Shown piece by piece: positions 7,765 to 16,547 of a DNA stretch of 64,000 nt. This DNA is from Dehalococcoidia bacterium (GTDB lineage Bacteria > Chloroflexota > Dehalococcoidia > Lucifugimonadales > UBA3495). Where the stretch lies: contig OZ253540.1 in NCBI GenBank assembly GCA_965262485.1, positions 532,711 to 596,710 on the forward strand, written 5' to 3'. Below the pieces are notes generated by a model. It was not told the origin of the DNA. It worked only from the letters and a program-made list of their open reading frames with translations, and did no database searches. The position numbers and the translations under genes were made by a program. Positions within the stretch are counted from its first letter, which is position 1; every line of letters starts with the position of its first letter.

Positions 7765-9107
7765 ATGTCGGATTATAGCGATTACACCGTCTCCATTCAT
7801 TACGACCGGAGGCTATACCGGCAGGACATAGCCGGTTCCAAAGCCCACGCGGCGATGCTGGCCCAGCAGGGCATTATTTCCCAGGATGATGCCGACAGTA
7901 TCAGCGCCGGGCTGGACGCGATACAGGTGGAAATTTCCAACGGCGAGTTTCCGTGGGATTCTTCGCTGGAAGACCTCCATATGAACATCGAGCGGAGGCT
8001 GACCGACCTGATCGGCGTCGCGGCGGGGCGACTGCACACGGGACGATCTCGGAACGACCAGATAGCCCTGGACATGCGTATGTACACCCGGGAAGTGGTG
8101 GACGACACCATTGCGGTTTGCGGGGAGTGCAGCGGGCTTTGGTAGGAAAGGCTGAGCGATACGCCAACGTAATCATGCCGGGGTACACGCACTTGCAGAG
8201 GGCCCAGCCGGTGTTGTTCGCCCATCACATGCTGGCCTATTTCGAGATGCTGGAGCGGGACATCGGAAGGTTCGGCGACTGCGCCAAGCGCATGGATGTG
8301 CTGCCACTGGGCAGCGGAGCGCTGGCCGGCGTGCCGTATCCTACGGATCGACGCGCGGTGGCTGAGTCGCTGGGATTCTCGGAGATTAGCGCCAACAGCA
8401 TGGACGCCGTGGCGGATCGGGATTTTCTGGCGGAATACCACGCGGCCGCGGCGATAGCAATGATGCACATTTCCCGGCTGGCCGAAGAGATCGTCATCTG
8501 GTCCAGTCGCGAATTCGGGTTTGTGGCGCTGGCTGAAGAGTTCACCACCGGCAGCAGCATTATGCCGCAGAAACGCAACCCGGATTTCGCCGAGATTGCC
8601 CGGGGCAAGACCGGACGGGTGTACGGCCACCTGATGGGTATTCTCACCGTGCTCAAGGGGTTGCCGCTGACGTACAACCGAGATTTGCAGGAAGACAAAG
8701 AGGGCTTTTTCGACACGGTGGATACGGTGCTCAGCACGCTGGGTGTGTTCGCCGAGATGCTGTCAGGGATGGAGCTGGACGCTGACCGGGTTGAATCGTT
8801 GGCCGGGGAAAGCTACATGCTGGCCACTGATATGGCGGACTATCTGGTGGGGAAGGGGGTCCCGTTCCGCGAGGCTCACGGCGTGATGCGTCGCCTTTGT
8901 CGATATTGTGAAGAATCCGGCGCCGCGTTGTCAGATTTGCCGCTAACCGAGTATCACAAGTTTTCGTCGTATTTTGGCGCCGACGTTTATGACATCACGG
9001 TGGCGGCATCGGTGGCGGCGAGAGACAATCCCGGTGGCACCGCTCCGGGACGGGTTGCCGAAGGGATGGCCCGAGCGCAAGGGATTCTGGCCGGGGCTGG
9101 GGTCTGA
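7765..9107 (+). pseudogene. argH: argininosuccinate lyase, reading frame broken by a 1-nt indel at the T-run 8117-8119 (true pseudogene or sequence error)
   Basis: ORF 7765..8145 encodes the N-terminal third (..[31 protein letters not shown]). The frame of ORF 7953..9107 continues with [31 protein letters not shown]...GSSIMPQKRNPD. One extra T in GGTTTG would restore a single ~447-aa ArgH. Confidence 0.85.
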
Positions 9108-9802
9108 TGGCCAGTACTGCCGCTCACATTCAGATAGCCCCCTCGGTGTTGGCCGCAGATTTTGGCCGTCTGGCGCAGCAAGTTCGGGATGCCGACGCCG
9201 CAGGAGCCGATCTGATACACGTTGATGTGATGGACGGCCGGTTCGTACCAAACATTTCGTTTGGCGAGGTCGTGGTGGATTGTATCCGCAGCGCCACCGA
9301 CCTGCCTCTCAATTTGCATCTGATGGTGCACGAACCGGATCGTCTGCTGCCCGGTTTGATGAAGGTAAGCTCTGACCAGGTACTGGTGCATGCGGAGGCG
9401 TGTGCCCATCTGCACCGCACGATTGGTTTGATAAAGGAGAATGGCAATCAGGTGGGAGTTGCGATCAATCCCGCGACGCCTATTTCGGCGGTGGAGGAAG
9501 TGTTGCCCGATCTGGATATCGTGCTGGTGATGACAGTAAATCCGGGTTTCGGTGGACAATCGTTCATCCCGGCGGCGTTGGGGAAGTTGCGTCGTTTGTA
9601 CGACGTGATTCAGGAGCATGGATATCCGGTTCAACTGGAGGTGGATGGTGGCGTGAAAGCCGACGCCACGGCGCGGGATTCAGTGGCGGCCGGCGCTGGG
9701 ATTCTCGTCGCTGGCACTGCCATCTTCAACCGGGAACAGTCGGTGGCCGAGGCGATAGCAGCGCTCCGCGATGCTGCTATCGGGGTTGCACCTGGCCAGT
9801 AA
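9107..9802 (+). CDS. rpe: ribulose-phosphate 3-epimerase
   Basis: IAPSVLAADFGRLAQQVRDADAAGADLIHVDVMDGRFVPNISFG and MTVNPGFGGQSF. The ATG overlaps the argH stop (TGATG). Confidence 0.95.
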   Translation: MASTAAHIQIAPSVLAADFGRLAQQVRDADAAGADLIHVDVMDGRFVPNISFGEVVVDCIRSATDLPLNLHLMVHEPDRLLPGLMKVSSDQVLVHAEACAHLHRTIGLIKENGNQVGVAINPATPISAVEEVLPDLDIVLVMTVNPGFGGQSFIPAALGKLRRLYDVIQEHGYPVQLEVDGGVKADATARDSVAAGAGILVAGTAIFNREQSVAEAIAALRDAAIGVAPGQ

Positions 9803-9828
9803 CGCGGGCCGGAGTTTTCCGGCTCCGC

Positions 9829-9856
9829 ATGAAAAGAACGGGCAAAGCGCCCGTTC
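9829..9856 (-). terminator. intrinsic terminator downstream of rpmB
   Basis: 8-bp stem GAACGGGC/GCCCGTTC (9836-9856) with a 5-nt loop, followed on the minus strand by TTTTC. Confidence 0.55.
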
Positions 9857-9898
9857 CGAAAATCCTTGGTGCTTAATCCGTGGCGCTCGCCTTGTGAT

Positions 9899-10114
9899 TC
9901 AGGCGGCGGCGGCGCGAGTGCGGGCCTTTTTGGGCCGGGGCGGCTTGTACATAGTCCGCAGACATCGTGAGCAGATCTTTAGGCGAACCGGCTTTCCGTC
10001 GATAGCCAGGGTTTGCTTGTGAACGTTGGCCTTCCAACGGGTTTTGGTCTTGCGGTTGGAGTGGCTAACGTTGTTGCCGGTCATACCGGCTTTTTTGCAA
10101 ATTTGGCACTGCAT
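9899..10114 (-). CDS. rpmB: 50S ribosomal protein L28
   Basis: MQCQICKKAGMTGNNVSHSNRKTKTRWKANVHKQ... is a typical L28. Confidence 0.95.
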   Translation of the reverse strand: MQCQICKKAGMTGNNVSHSNRKTKTRWKANVHKQTLAIDGKPVRLKICSRCLRTMYKPPRPKKARTRAAAA

Positions 10115-10261
10115 AATCTTCGTCTCTCAGCGTGGTTGGGCGAATTATAACATACCTGCGAATACACCGAAATCGTTGGTTGCGCCGGTTCCGGCCCTGC
10201 GGCATAATGCCGGACATCATTTGAAATGACAATAGAGGCCCGAAGCAAGGAGGACCCGATT

Positions 10262-11215
10262 ATGCCGCAGGCAGGTATCCCGTCGGAACAGGAAGTCCTG
10301 GGCTGGTTTGACAGCCTCTCCAACTGGGGTCGCTGGGGCGACGACGATGAATTGGGAACGCCCAATCTGATAACGCCCGAAAAAACCCGATCGGCGCTGG
10401 CAACGGTTGAAGATGGTTATTGCGTTTCGTTATCGCGGGAAATCACCTGGGATCCCACGCCGGACGTGCCGGCGCCTCCGGTCCACTATATGGTGGAGAG
10501 CGGCGAGGGATGGGCAACCGGGGATAAGGTGTCGTCGCGGGAGTCGGCGGTCGCGATGGACTATATCGGCATGATATTCCACGGTGTGTCGGTTACCCAC
10601 GTGGACAGCCTGGCGCACTTCTTCTGGAACGGTAAGACGTACAACGGCAAGCCGGCCCACCTGGTATCCACCAACCTGGGCGCAACCGTATGTTCGGTGG
10701 ATGCGGCGCAGCGAGGATTCATGACTCGCGGAGTGCTGGTGGATGTGCCCTTCGTGCGAGGCATCGACTGGGTGGAACGCGGCGAGGGTGTGATGCCGGA
10801 CGACATACTGGCAGCCGAAGAGCGTTGCGGATTCCGGATCGAAGCGGGCGACGTGCTGCTGATTCGAACCGGTCAGCTGCACCGTCGCGGCGTGGAGGGA
10901 CCAGTGACTCGCGAGGCGGGTTCCACTGCGTGCCAGGCGGCTTGCCTGCCCCTGTTCAAGGAGCGGGACATCGCCGTATTGGGATCGGATACCGGCAACG
11001 ACGTGAGCCCACCTCAGTACGGCGGGCAGCTCACCAACCCGGTTCACCAGGTATCCATAACGGCGATGGGACTGTGGATCTTGGATAATGCCAACCTCGA
11101 GGACGTGGCGCAGGAGTGTCATCAAAGAAACCGCTGGACTTTCCTGGTCAGTATCAATCCGCTGCGGCTGCACAATACAACCGGTTCTCCCGTTAATCCC
11201 ATTGCGGTATTTTAG
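10262..11215 (+). CDS. cyclase-family (kynurenine-formamidase-like) protein
   Basis: FHGVSVTHVDSLAHF His-rich motif and overall putative-cyclase pattern. ATG 10262 is preceded by AGGAGG. Confidence 0.7.
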   Translation: MPQAGIPSEQEVLGWFDSLSNWGRWGDDDELGTPNLITPEKTRSALATVEDGYCVSLSREITWDPTPDVPAPPVHYMVESGEGWATGDKVSSRESAVAMDYIGMIFHGVSVTHVDSLAHFFWNGKTYNGKPAHLVSTNLGATVCSVDAAQRGFMTRGVLVDVPFVRGIDWVERGEGVMPDDILAAEERCGFRIEAGDVLLIRTGQLHRRGVEGPVTREAGSTACQAACLPLFKERDIAVLGSDTGNDVSPPQYGGQLTNPVHQVSITAMGLWILDNANLEDVAQECHQRNRWTFLVSINPLRLHNTTGSPVNPIAVF

Positions 11216-11242
11216 CCGTAAGCGACATCGGAGAATTTTGGT

Positions 11243-11437
11243 ATGGCCGACGAAACTGTAACCATGGACGATCTCCGGACGCTGGTGCGATTGGCCGGGC
11301 TGCCCCTTGACGAGAGGGAACTGGAAGAGCTGCTGCCGTTGTACCAATTTTTGCGCGAAAGGGTCGCCATGTTGCACGAGGCTGATTTGCCCCTGGGTGG
11401 TCAGGCGATGACTTTCCCGGCCGATTGGGCCCGGTAA
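11243..11437 (+). CDS. AtzG-like/DUF4089 (GatC-like) small amidase partner protein
   Basis: 64 aa, helical, with ..LAGLPLDERELEELLPLYQFLRERVAMLHEADLP... It lies directly upstream of an amidase-signature gene. GGAGA RBS. The family call comes from motif memory. Confidence 0.55.
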   Translation: MADETVTMDDLRTLVRLAGLPLDERELEELLPLYQFLRERVAMLHEADLPLGGQAMTFPADWAR

Positions 11438-11473
11438 TCGGCGCGTGGATACGGTGGCGTTGAGAGGTGGCGT

Positions 11474-12913
11474 ATGATGCCGAGCTCCCATGAACTGCAC
11501 TACCTGACCATTGCGGAGGCTGCGCCGTTGATCCGCGACGGGCGCCTGTCTCCAGTCGAGTTGACGCAGGCGTATCTCCAGAGAATCGGGGAGATCGACG
11601 GTCGCCTGGATTCGTACGTCATCCTGTTACCCGATCGAGCCCTGGAGCAGGCGCGGCAAGCGGAGGCCGAGATTGCCGCCGGCAACTATCGGGGGCCGCT
11701 GCACGGCATTCCGATTGCGCTAAAGGACTTGTATGACACCGCCGGTATCAGGACTACTGCCATGTCCCGAGTTACTCCGGACCGAATACCGCAGGAGGAT
11801 GCAACTACGGTAGCCAAACTTTACGAGGCGGGCGTGGTGTTGTTGGGGAAGCTGGCGATGCATGAATTCGCTCTGGGAGGCCCGGATTTCTCGAGCCTGT
11901 TCCCGCCGGCGCGGAACCCGTGGAACACCGAGCACATGCCAGGCGGCAGCAGCAGCGGGTCCGGCGCCGCGGTGGCAGCAGGACTTTGCATGGGTGCGCT
12001 CGGATCGGACACCGGAGGCAGCATTCGCGGGCCGGCTTCCATGTGCGGGATAGTGGGAATCAAACCAACATTTGGACGGGTCAGCAACTTTGGTGTGGTT
12101 CCGCTGTCGTGGTCGCAGGACCATTGCGGGCCGATGACCTGGACAGTGGCAGACGCCGCGATAATGTTGCAGGCGATCGCCGGTTATGATCCAAAGGATC
12201 CAACGACTGCGGACGTCCCCGTTCCGGATTTCCTGGCCGCCCTGAAAGACGGGATCGACGGTGTGAAGGTGGGTGTGCCGCGGGAGTATTTTTACGAACT
12301 TGCGCCCGGGGTGGACCCGCAAGTAATCAGGTCGGCGGAACGCGCCCTGGAAACATTGGCCGAGATGGGAGCAGAAATACGGGATGTAAACATTCCGCAT
12401 ATCAAATACGCCCAAACCGCCAACCAGGTGGTTATGATGTCGGAGGCCTATTCGTTCCATGAGGCCAACCTTAAGAGCAGACGACAGGATTATGGCGACA
12501 TGGTTCGCAACCGTTTCCTGTTGGGCGGGTTGCTCACCGCTTCGGATTACAATCAGGCAGTGCGGATGCGCCGGGTGATCAAGGATGAAATGGCTGAGGC
12601 ACTGCGCGAGGCGGACGTTCTGGTGACGCCGACCTACGCGTCGACGGCGCCGAAGATCGATGGATACGCCGGGTCAACCACGTTGACGCAACCCAGTTTC
12701 ACCGGGCCGTTCAACGTTTCCGGGTTGCCAGCGGTGTCGGTCCCGTGCGGACTGTCGGACGACGGGCTGCCGATGGGTTTGCAAATAGTGGGGAAGCCGT
12801 TTGATGAAGCAATGGTATTGCGAGTTGCTCATTCCTACGAACAAACTGCCGGATTTATAGAGCGCAGACCGCCAATTCAGGGTTCAAGTGGACCTTGGCA
12901 ACAAAACGCGTAA
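11474..12913 (+). CDS. amidase-signature enzyme (GatA/AtzE-like)
   Basis: 479 aa with GGSSSGSGAAVAAG (Ser-cisSer) and IALKDLYD (Lys). GAGAGGTGG RBS. Confidence 0.9.
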   Translation: MMPSSHELHYLTIAEAAPLIRDGRLSPVELTQAYLQRIGEIDGRLDSYVILLPDRALEQARQAEAEIAAGNYRGPLHGIPIALKDLYDTAGIRTTAMSRVTPDRIPQEDATTVAKLYEAGVVLLGKLAMHEFALGGPDFSSLFPPARNPWNTEHMPGGSSSGSGAAVAAGLCMGALGSDTGGSIRGPASMCGIVGIKPTFGRVSNFGVVPLSWSQDHCGPMTWTVADAAIMLQAIAGYDPKDPTTADVPVPDFLAALKDGIDGVKVGVPREYFYELAPGVDPQVIRSAERALETLAEMGAEIRDVNIPHIKYAQTANQVVMMSEAYSFHEANLKSRRQDYGDMVRNRFLLGGLLTASDYNQAVRMRRVIKDEMAEALREADVLVTPTYASTAPKIDGYAGSTTLTQPSFTGPFNVSGLPAVSVPCGLSDDGLPMGLQIVGKPFDEAMVLRVAHSYEQTAGFIERRPPIQGSSGPWQQNA

Positions 12914-13005
12914 AATCTGTCGCCCACACCGTTGACATAACGGGGTGCGGCAAGGTATTACGGATATATCTGTCACTGATGGTGACGAACGCGGAGGGAA
13001 ACAAA

Positions 13006-13161
13006 TTGAGCACCCAAATTCAGATCTATTGCGTCAAGTGCAAGGCTAAGACAGACTCGCGGGATGTGCAGGGCGTTATTATGAAAAACGGACGCCCGGC
13101 CACGCAGGGGTTTTGTGTGGATTGCGGCACCAAGAAGTTCCGCATCGGCGCCACTGTGTAG
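13006..13161 (+). CDS. DUF5679-type small zinc-ribbon protein
   Basis: IYCVKCKAKTDSRDVQGVIMKNGRPATQGFCVDCGTKKFRIG (two CxxC pairs). TTG 13006 follows GGAGGG by 7 nt; in-frame ATG 12979 is an alternative start. Confidence 0.7.
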   Translation: MSTQIQIYCVKCKAKTDSRDVQGVIMKNGRPATQGFCVDCGTKKFRIGATV

Positions 13162-13391
13162 GGACGAGGTAACCGAGGGACAATTCGCTGGTGGCCCATT
13201 CGGTCAAACTGCGCAAGATGGTCGAGGTCCAGGATATGGAATTGTTGTCCATGAACGGTGGTCGCCCCGCAGCGCGCGGCGTTGCCCACCAAGACCTGAC
13301 CGGTGAGGTCTTTCGTATCTTGAGCGCGAATGACGTAACAGAGGGGTGGCGGATGCTGGGCCGATAGCCCGTTAGCATTGTTCCGAGTATT

Positions 13392-13426
13392 CAGGGCGCC
13401 GCATGGCCCGGCGCCCTGAAATTTTG
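13392..13426. terminator. bidirectional intrinsic terminator between convergent genes
   Basis: Perfect 9-bp stem CAGGGCGCC/GGCGCCCTG (13392-13418), followed by AAATTTT. Confidence 0.6.
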
Positions 13427-13449
13427 CCAGACGCGCGTTGCAGCGTTGG

Positions 13450-14859
13450 TCATTTACTGACCAGCCGCAACAATTTTCCCCGAAACCCACTGGTAATCCC
13501 GGACAGGTAGGATTCCCAGGCAAGCTGCTGATTGCCAGTTGCCAACGACGGGTAAGGGTGGATGCTTTTCAATACGGCGGAAAGGCTCATCCCCTGATCG
13601 ATAGCCATCGTCCATTCCTGAACCACCTCGGCGGCGCGTGGGCCGACCACGGTGGCTCCCAGTACCTTGCCGTTGGCGCGATGGGTCACTTTGATGAACC
13701 CGATGGTCGTGCCGTCGATGACAGCCCGGTCAATTTGGGCCATCTCAAGGATTGACGTACGCACTTTGCCGCCAAAGGCGTGGCGGGCCTGTGCCTCCGT
13801 ATATCCGGCCTGGGCGACCTCCGGATCAGTAAACGTTGCCCAGGGAACGCGCTCCGGTCGGGCACGGGATTTGCCAGGCAGCAACGCGTTTCGGACGGCC
13901 ATGGCAGACTGGAAACCGGCGTAGTGGGTGAACTGGAAGTCGCCAACACAATCACCCGCAGCATAGATACCGCGGGCAGTCGTGCGCAGGTAGGCATCTA
14001 CCGCAATACCCGACGGGCCATGCTTCACGCCAGCGGCATCCAGATTCATTCCGGACACGTTGGGACGTCGGCCAACTGCCACCAACACCGCGTCACCCAT
14101 GATGTTGACTCCGTCCGCGACGGTTACGCAGAAATCTTTATCGATTAGTCGTACCGATTCCACCGAAGCCGACAATCGAACATTAACCCCGTCGGCGATC
14201 AACGCGGCTTCGACCAACCCCGCGGCAGCTGCGTCGTCGTTGGGCAGGATGCGATCAAGGGCCTCAACCAGTGTGACTTGGGATCCGAGTCGCTGGCAGG
14301 CTTGAGATATTTCACATCCCACCGGGCCGCCGCCGATCACGATCAGCCGGGCCGGGAGCGCATCCAGTTGCCAGAACGATTCATACGTGAGAAACGGCGT
14401 GTTTTCGAGGCCGGCAACAGGCGGGACGAATGGCGATGCGCCGGTACAAATGAGAAAGGAATTCGCGGATATGGATCGCCCGGCGGCGGCAATGGATCGG
14501 TCGCCGGTAAATTCGGCATGACCTTCGACTACGTCTATTCCCTCGGTACGCAGGGCGTCCGGAGATTCAGCCGAATAGATTTGTGCTATCACATCCCGGA
14601 TGCGGGCCATCACAGCGGCGAAATCAATGGTTGGCGGCGATGCGGTGATGCCGGCGTGGCTGGCATTTCGCACCGTGTTGGCGACGCTGGCGGCGTGGAG
14701 CAGGGATTTGCTGGGGATGCAACCGGTCCAGGTGCAGTCTCCGCCCACCCGGTTGGCCTCGATCAGCGCCACCCGCTTGCCGAGACGATTGGCAAAACGA
14801 GCGGCGGTTATTCCGGCAGAGCCGGCTCCGATGATGGCCAGGTCGTATTTTTCAACCAC
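13450..14859 (-). CDS. class-I pyridine nucleotide-disulfide oxidoreductase (dihydrolipoyl dehydrogenase/mercuric reductase-like)
   Basis: YDLAIIGAGSAG, redox-active GGDCTWTGCIPSK, VIGGGPVGCE, and IHPYPSL near the C-terminus. Start is set to GTG 14859 because the ORF-track extension to 15033 is repeat DNA. Confidence 0.85.
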   Translation of the reverse strand: MVEKYDLAIIGAGSAGITAARFANRLGKRVALIEANRVGGDCTWTGCIPSKSLLHAASVANTVRNASHAGITASPPTIDFAAVMARIRDVIAQIYSAESPDALRTEGIDVVEGHAEFTGDRSIAAAGRSISANSFLICTGASPFVPPVAGLENTPFLTYESFWQLDALPARLIVIGGGPVGCEISQACQRLGSQVTLVEALDRILPNDDAAAAGLVEAALIADGVNVRLSASVESVRLIDKDFCVTVADGVNIMGDAVLVAVGRRPNVSGMNLDAAGVKHGPSGIAVDAYLRTTARGIYAAGDCVGDFQFTHYAGFQSAMAVRNALLPGKSRARPERVPWATFTDPEVAQAGYTEAQARHAFGGKVRTSILEMAQIDRAVIDGTTIGFIKVTHRANGKVLGATVVGPRAAEVVQEWTMAIDQGMSLSAVLKSIHPYPSLATGNQQLAWESYLSGITSGFRGKLLRLVSK

Positions 14860-14892
14860 AGCATTACCCGCCCGCCTACCCGTTCCTTCATA

Positions 14893-15028
14893 GCGACGAG
14901 ATTGCCACGCTACGCTCGCAATGACAAAGAGGTTGAACACACGTCGGCGACCGGCCGTTGCTACGGCGACGAGATTGCCAACCCCCGCATCGAGTACGGG
15001 GGCGCAATGACAAAGTGGGTACGCATGA
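14893..15028 (+). repeat. 5'-truncated copy of the family-B repeat element
   Basis: It shares ..GAGGTTGAACACACGTCGGC..TTGCTACGGCGACGAGATTGCCAACCCCCGCATCGAGTACGGGGGCGCAATGACAAAGTGGGTACGCATGAG with 63310-63437 and, inverted, with 15114-15311. Confidence 0.8.
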
Positions 15029-15113
15029 GCCAACGTGGCGTCTTGAAATTACCGGAATGGAAGCGGCTGCCATCATAGCCCACGGCATTGTTGGTGTCCA
15101 TCGGGTTGGGATG

Positions 15114-15311
15114 CTCATGCGTACCCACTTTAATCTGTCATTGCGAGCGCAGCGTGGCAATCTCGTCGCCGTAGCAATGGTGGTTTGCCGGTGTGTGTTC
15201 AACCTCAACGAGATTGCCACGTCGCTGCGCTCCTCGCAATGACAACTGGGGGCGAGCGCTCCTGGCAATGGCGGCAGGCCAGTTTGGTTTGACAAAGTGG
15301 GTACGCGTGAG
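15114..15311 (-). mobile_element. MITE-like element, family B (about 198 bp)
   Basis: 18-bp terminal inverted repeats CTCATGCGTACCCACTTT (15114-15131) and AAAGTGGGTACGCGTGAG (15294-15311), matching 17/18. A perfect 10-bp direct duplication, GGTTGGGATG, flanks it at 15104-15113 and 15312-15321. The interior is built from GTCATTGCGAG...CTCGCAATGAC hairpin arms. Confidence 0.85.
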
Positions 15312-15313
15312 GG

Positions 15314-15342
15314 TTGGGATGAAGTTGTACAGTTGCTATAAT
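15314..15342 (+). promoter_or_regulatory. candidate promoter (TTGGGA-N17-TATAAT with TGc extension)
   Basis: -35 at 15314-15319, inside the MITE-B target duplication. TGCTATAAT at 15334-15342, 37 nt upstream of ATG 15379. Confidence 0.4.
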
Positions 15343-15378
15343 CGCGCCGAACAGAAGATTACGACGGGAGGCGCGAAA

Positions 15379-16281
15379 ATGGCGGATGATTTGTCTGGGT
15401 TGCTGTCCGAATCGGAACTGACACTACTGGACGGTACGTTGGATCGCACGGAGGGGCCATTGTGGCACCCCGGTGGATACTTGACCTTCGTAGATTTGGG
15501 TCGGGAGCAGCTGTTGAAATGGGACCCTCAGACTCGCTCCACGTCGGTGGTGCGGGAAAACACGGGTGAGGGTAATGGCTGCACGCTGGACCGCCAGGGC
15601 AACCTGCTCATGTGCGAAGGAGCCGACCATCGCTGCGTCACGCGGATGGACGCTGCGGGCCACGTGACAACCATCGCAGACCGTTGGGACGGCAAACGAT
15701 TTAACAAACCCAATGATGTTATTTGCCGCACCGACGGCACGATATATTTCACCGACCCGCATCTTCGTTTTCCGGAAGAATTGCGGGAGATTCCCTTTGC
15801 CGGAATTTATCGCATCGACCCCGCCGGAAATGTGCATCTGGCCACCGACGAATGCGAGTACGCCAATGGTTTGGCGCTGTCGCCCGATGAGTCGATACTG
15901 TACGTTGCTATCAGTCGGGCCGAAGCGGCGGATTTCGACCGCGAAGAACGCGGGGAATTCTGTCCTAACCGGCGGATCCGGGCGTTTGACGTGGCGGCTG
16001 ACAGTACGCTGAGCGGGAACCGCATCCTCATCGAGATGGGCTCCACCGCTCCGGGTGTTCCCGATGGCATGAAGGTGGATACCGAGGGCCGCGTATGGTG
16101 CACCGGTTCGGGCGGCGTTTGGATTGTGAACCCCAACGGAGAGCAGGCCGGCCTGCTGCCGACTCCGGAGGTGACGCGCAACATCTGTTTCGGCGGCGAT
16201 GACATGCGCACCCTGTTTCTGACTTCCGGACATTCCCTTTACAGTATCAGGGTGAACACACCGGGGATCAGCGCCTTCTGA
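15379..16281 (+). CDS. SMP-30/gluconolactonase/LRE-family beta-propeller protein
   Basis: EGPLWHP, FNKPNDV..DGTIYFTDP, ANGLALSPDESILY and PDGMKVDTEG. A GGGAGG RBS precedes ATG 15379. Confidence 0.85.
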   Translation: MADDLSGLLSESELTLLDGTLDRTEGPLWHPGGYLTFVDLGREQLLKWDPQTRSTSVVRENTGEGNGCTLDRQGNLLMCEGADHRCVTRMDAAGHVTTIADRWDGKRFNKPNDVICRTDGTIYFTDPHLRFPEELREIPFAGIYRIDPAGNVHLATDECEYANGLALSPDESILYVAISRAEAADFDREERGEFCPNRRIRAFDVAADSTLSGNRILIEMGSTAPGVPDGMKVDTEGRVWCTGSGGVWIVNPNGEQAGLLPTPEVTRNICFGGDDMRTLFLTSGHSLYSIRVNTPGISAF

Positions 16282-16312
16282 AGCTAGAGCCTGTTAACAA
16301 TTACAAACCAAG

Positions 16313-16417
16313 CCGTCATTCCTGCGAAAGCAGGAATCCAGAGAAGGAATGATGAAAGAATCAGAACCGTGATTAACGACTTCGGCCACTGGATTCCCGC
16401 TTTTGCGGGAATGACGG
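16313..16417. repeat. inverted pair of 28-bp palindromic units
   Basis: CCGTCATTCCTGCGAAAGCAGGAATCCA (16313-16340) and TGGATTCCCGCTTTTGCGGGAATGACGG (16390-16417) are reverse complements of each other, 49 bp apart. The same unit occurs at 6661-6688. Confidence 0.85.
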
Positions 16418-16547
16418 TATTTGTCGACACACCTTGGTTCGTTGACACATCGAAAAGCTGGTTTTCGGTTCGATTCAATCCGATTGATGGCGCATCAAGA
16501 GTGGTTAATGTTAGGTTACGAAGCACACACGAAAGCTGGAGGAATTT

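Noticed and set aside
7800-8630. 276-aa minus-strand ORF across the argH frameshift region.
   Set aside because: It is antisense to clear ArgH sequence in two plus-strand frames. It does not explain the frameshift.
10430-11500. 356-aa minus-strand ORF.
   Set aside because: It is antisense to the cyclase and AtzG-like genes, both of which have RBSs and family motifs. It is a shadow ORF.
13162-13391. Protein-like minus-strand stretch (..YVIRAQDTKDLTGQVLVGNAARCGATTVHGQQFHILDLDHLAQFDRMG..) in the 230-nt gap after the DUF5679 gene.
   Set aside because: I could not assign it to any family. It has no start codon or RBS, and the enclosing ORF overlaps real genes on both sides. It may be a gene relic, but the evidence is insufficient.
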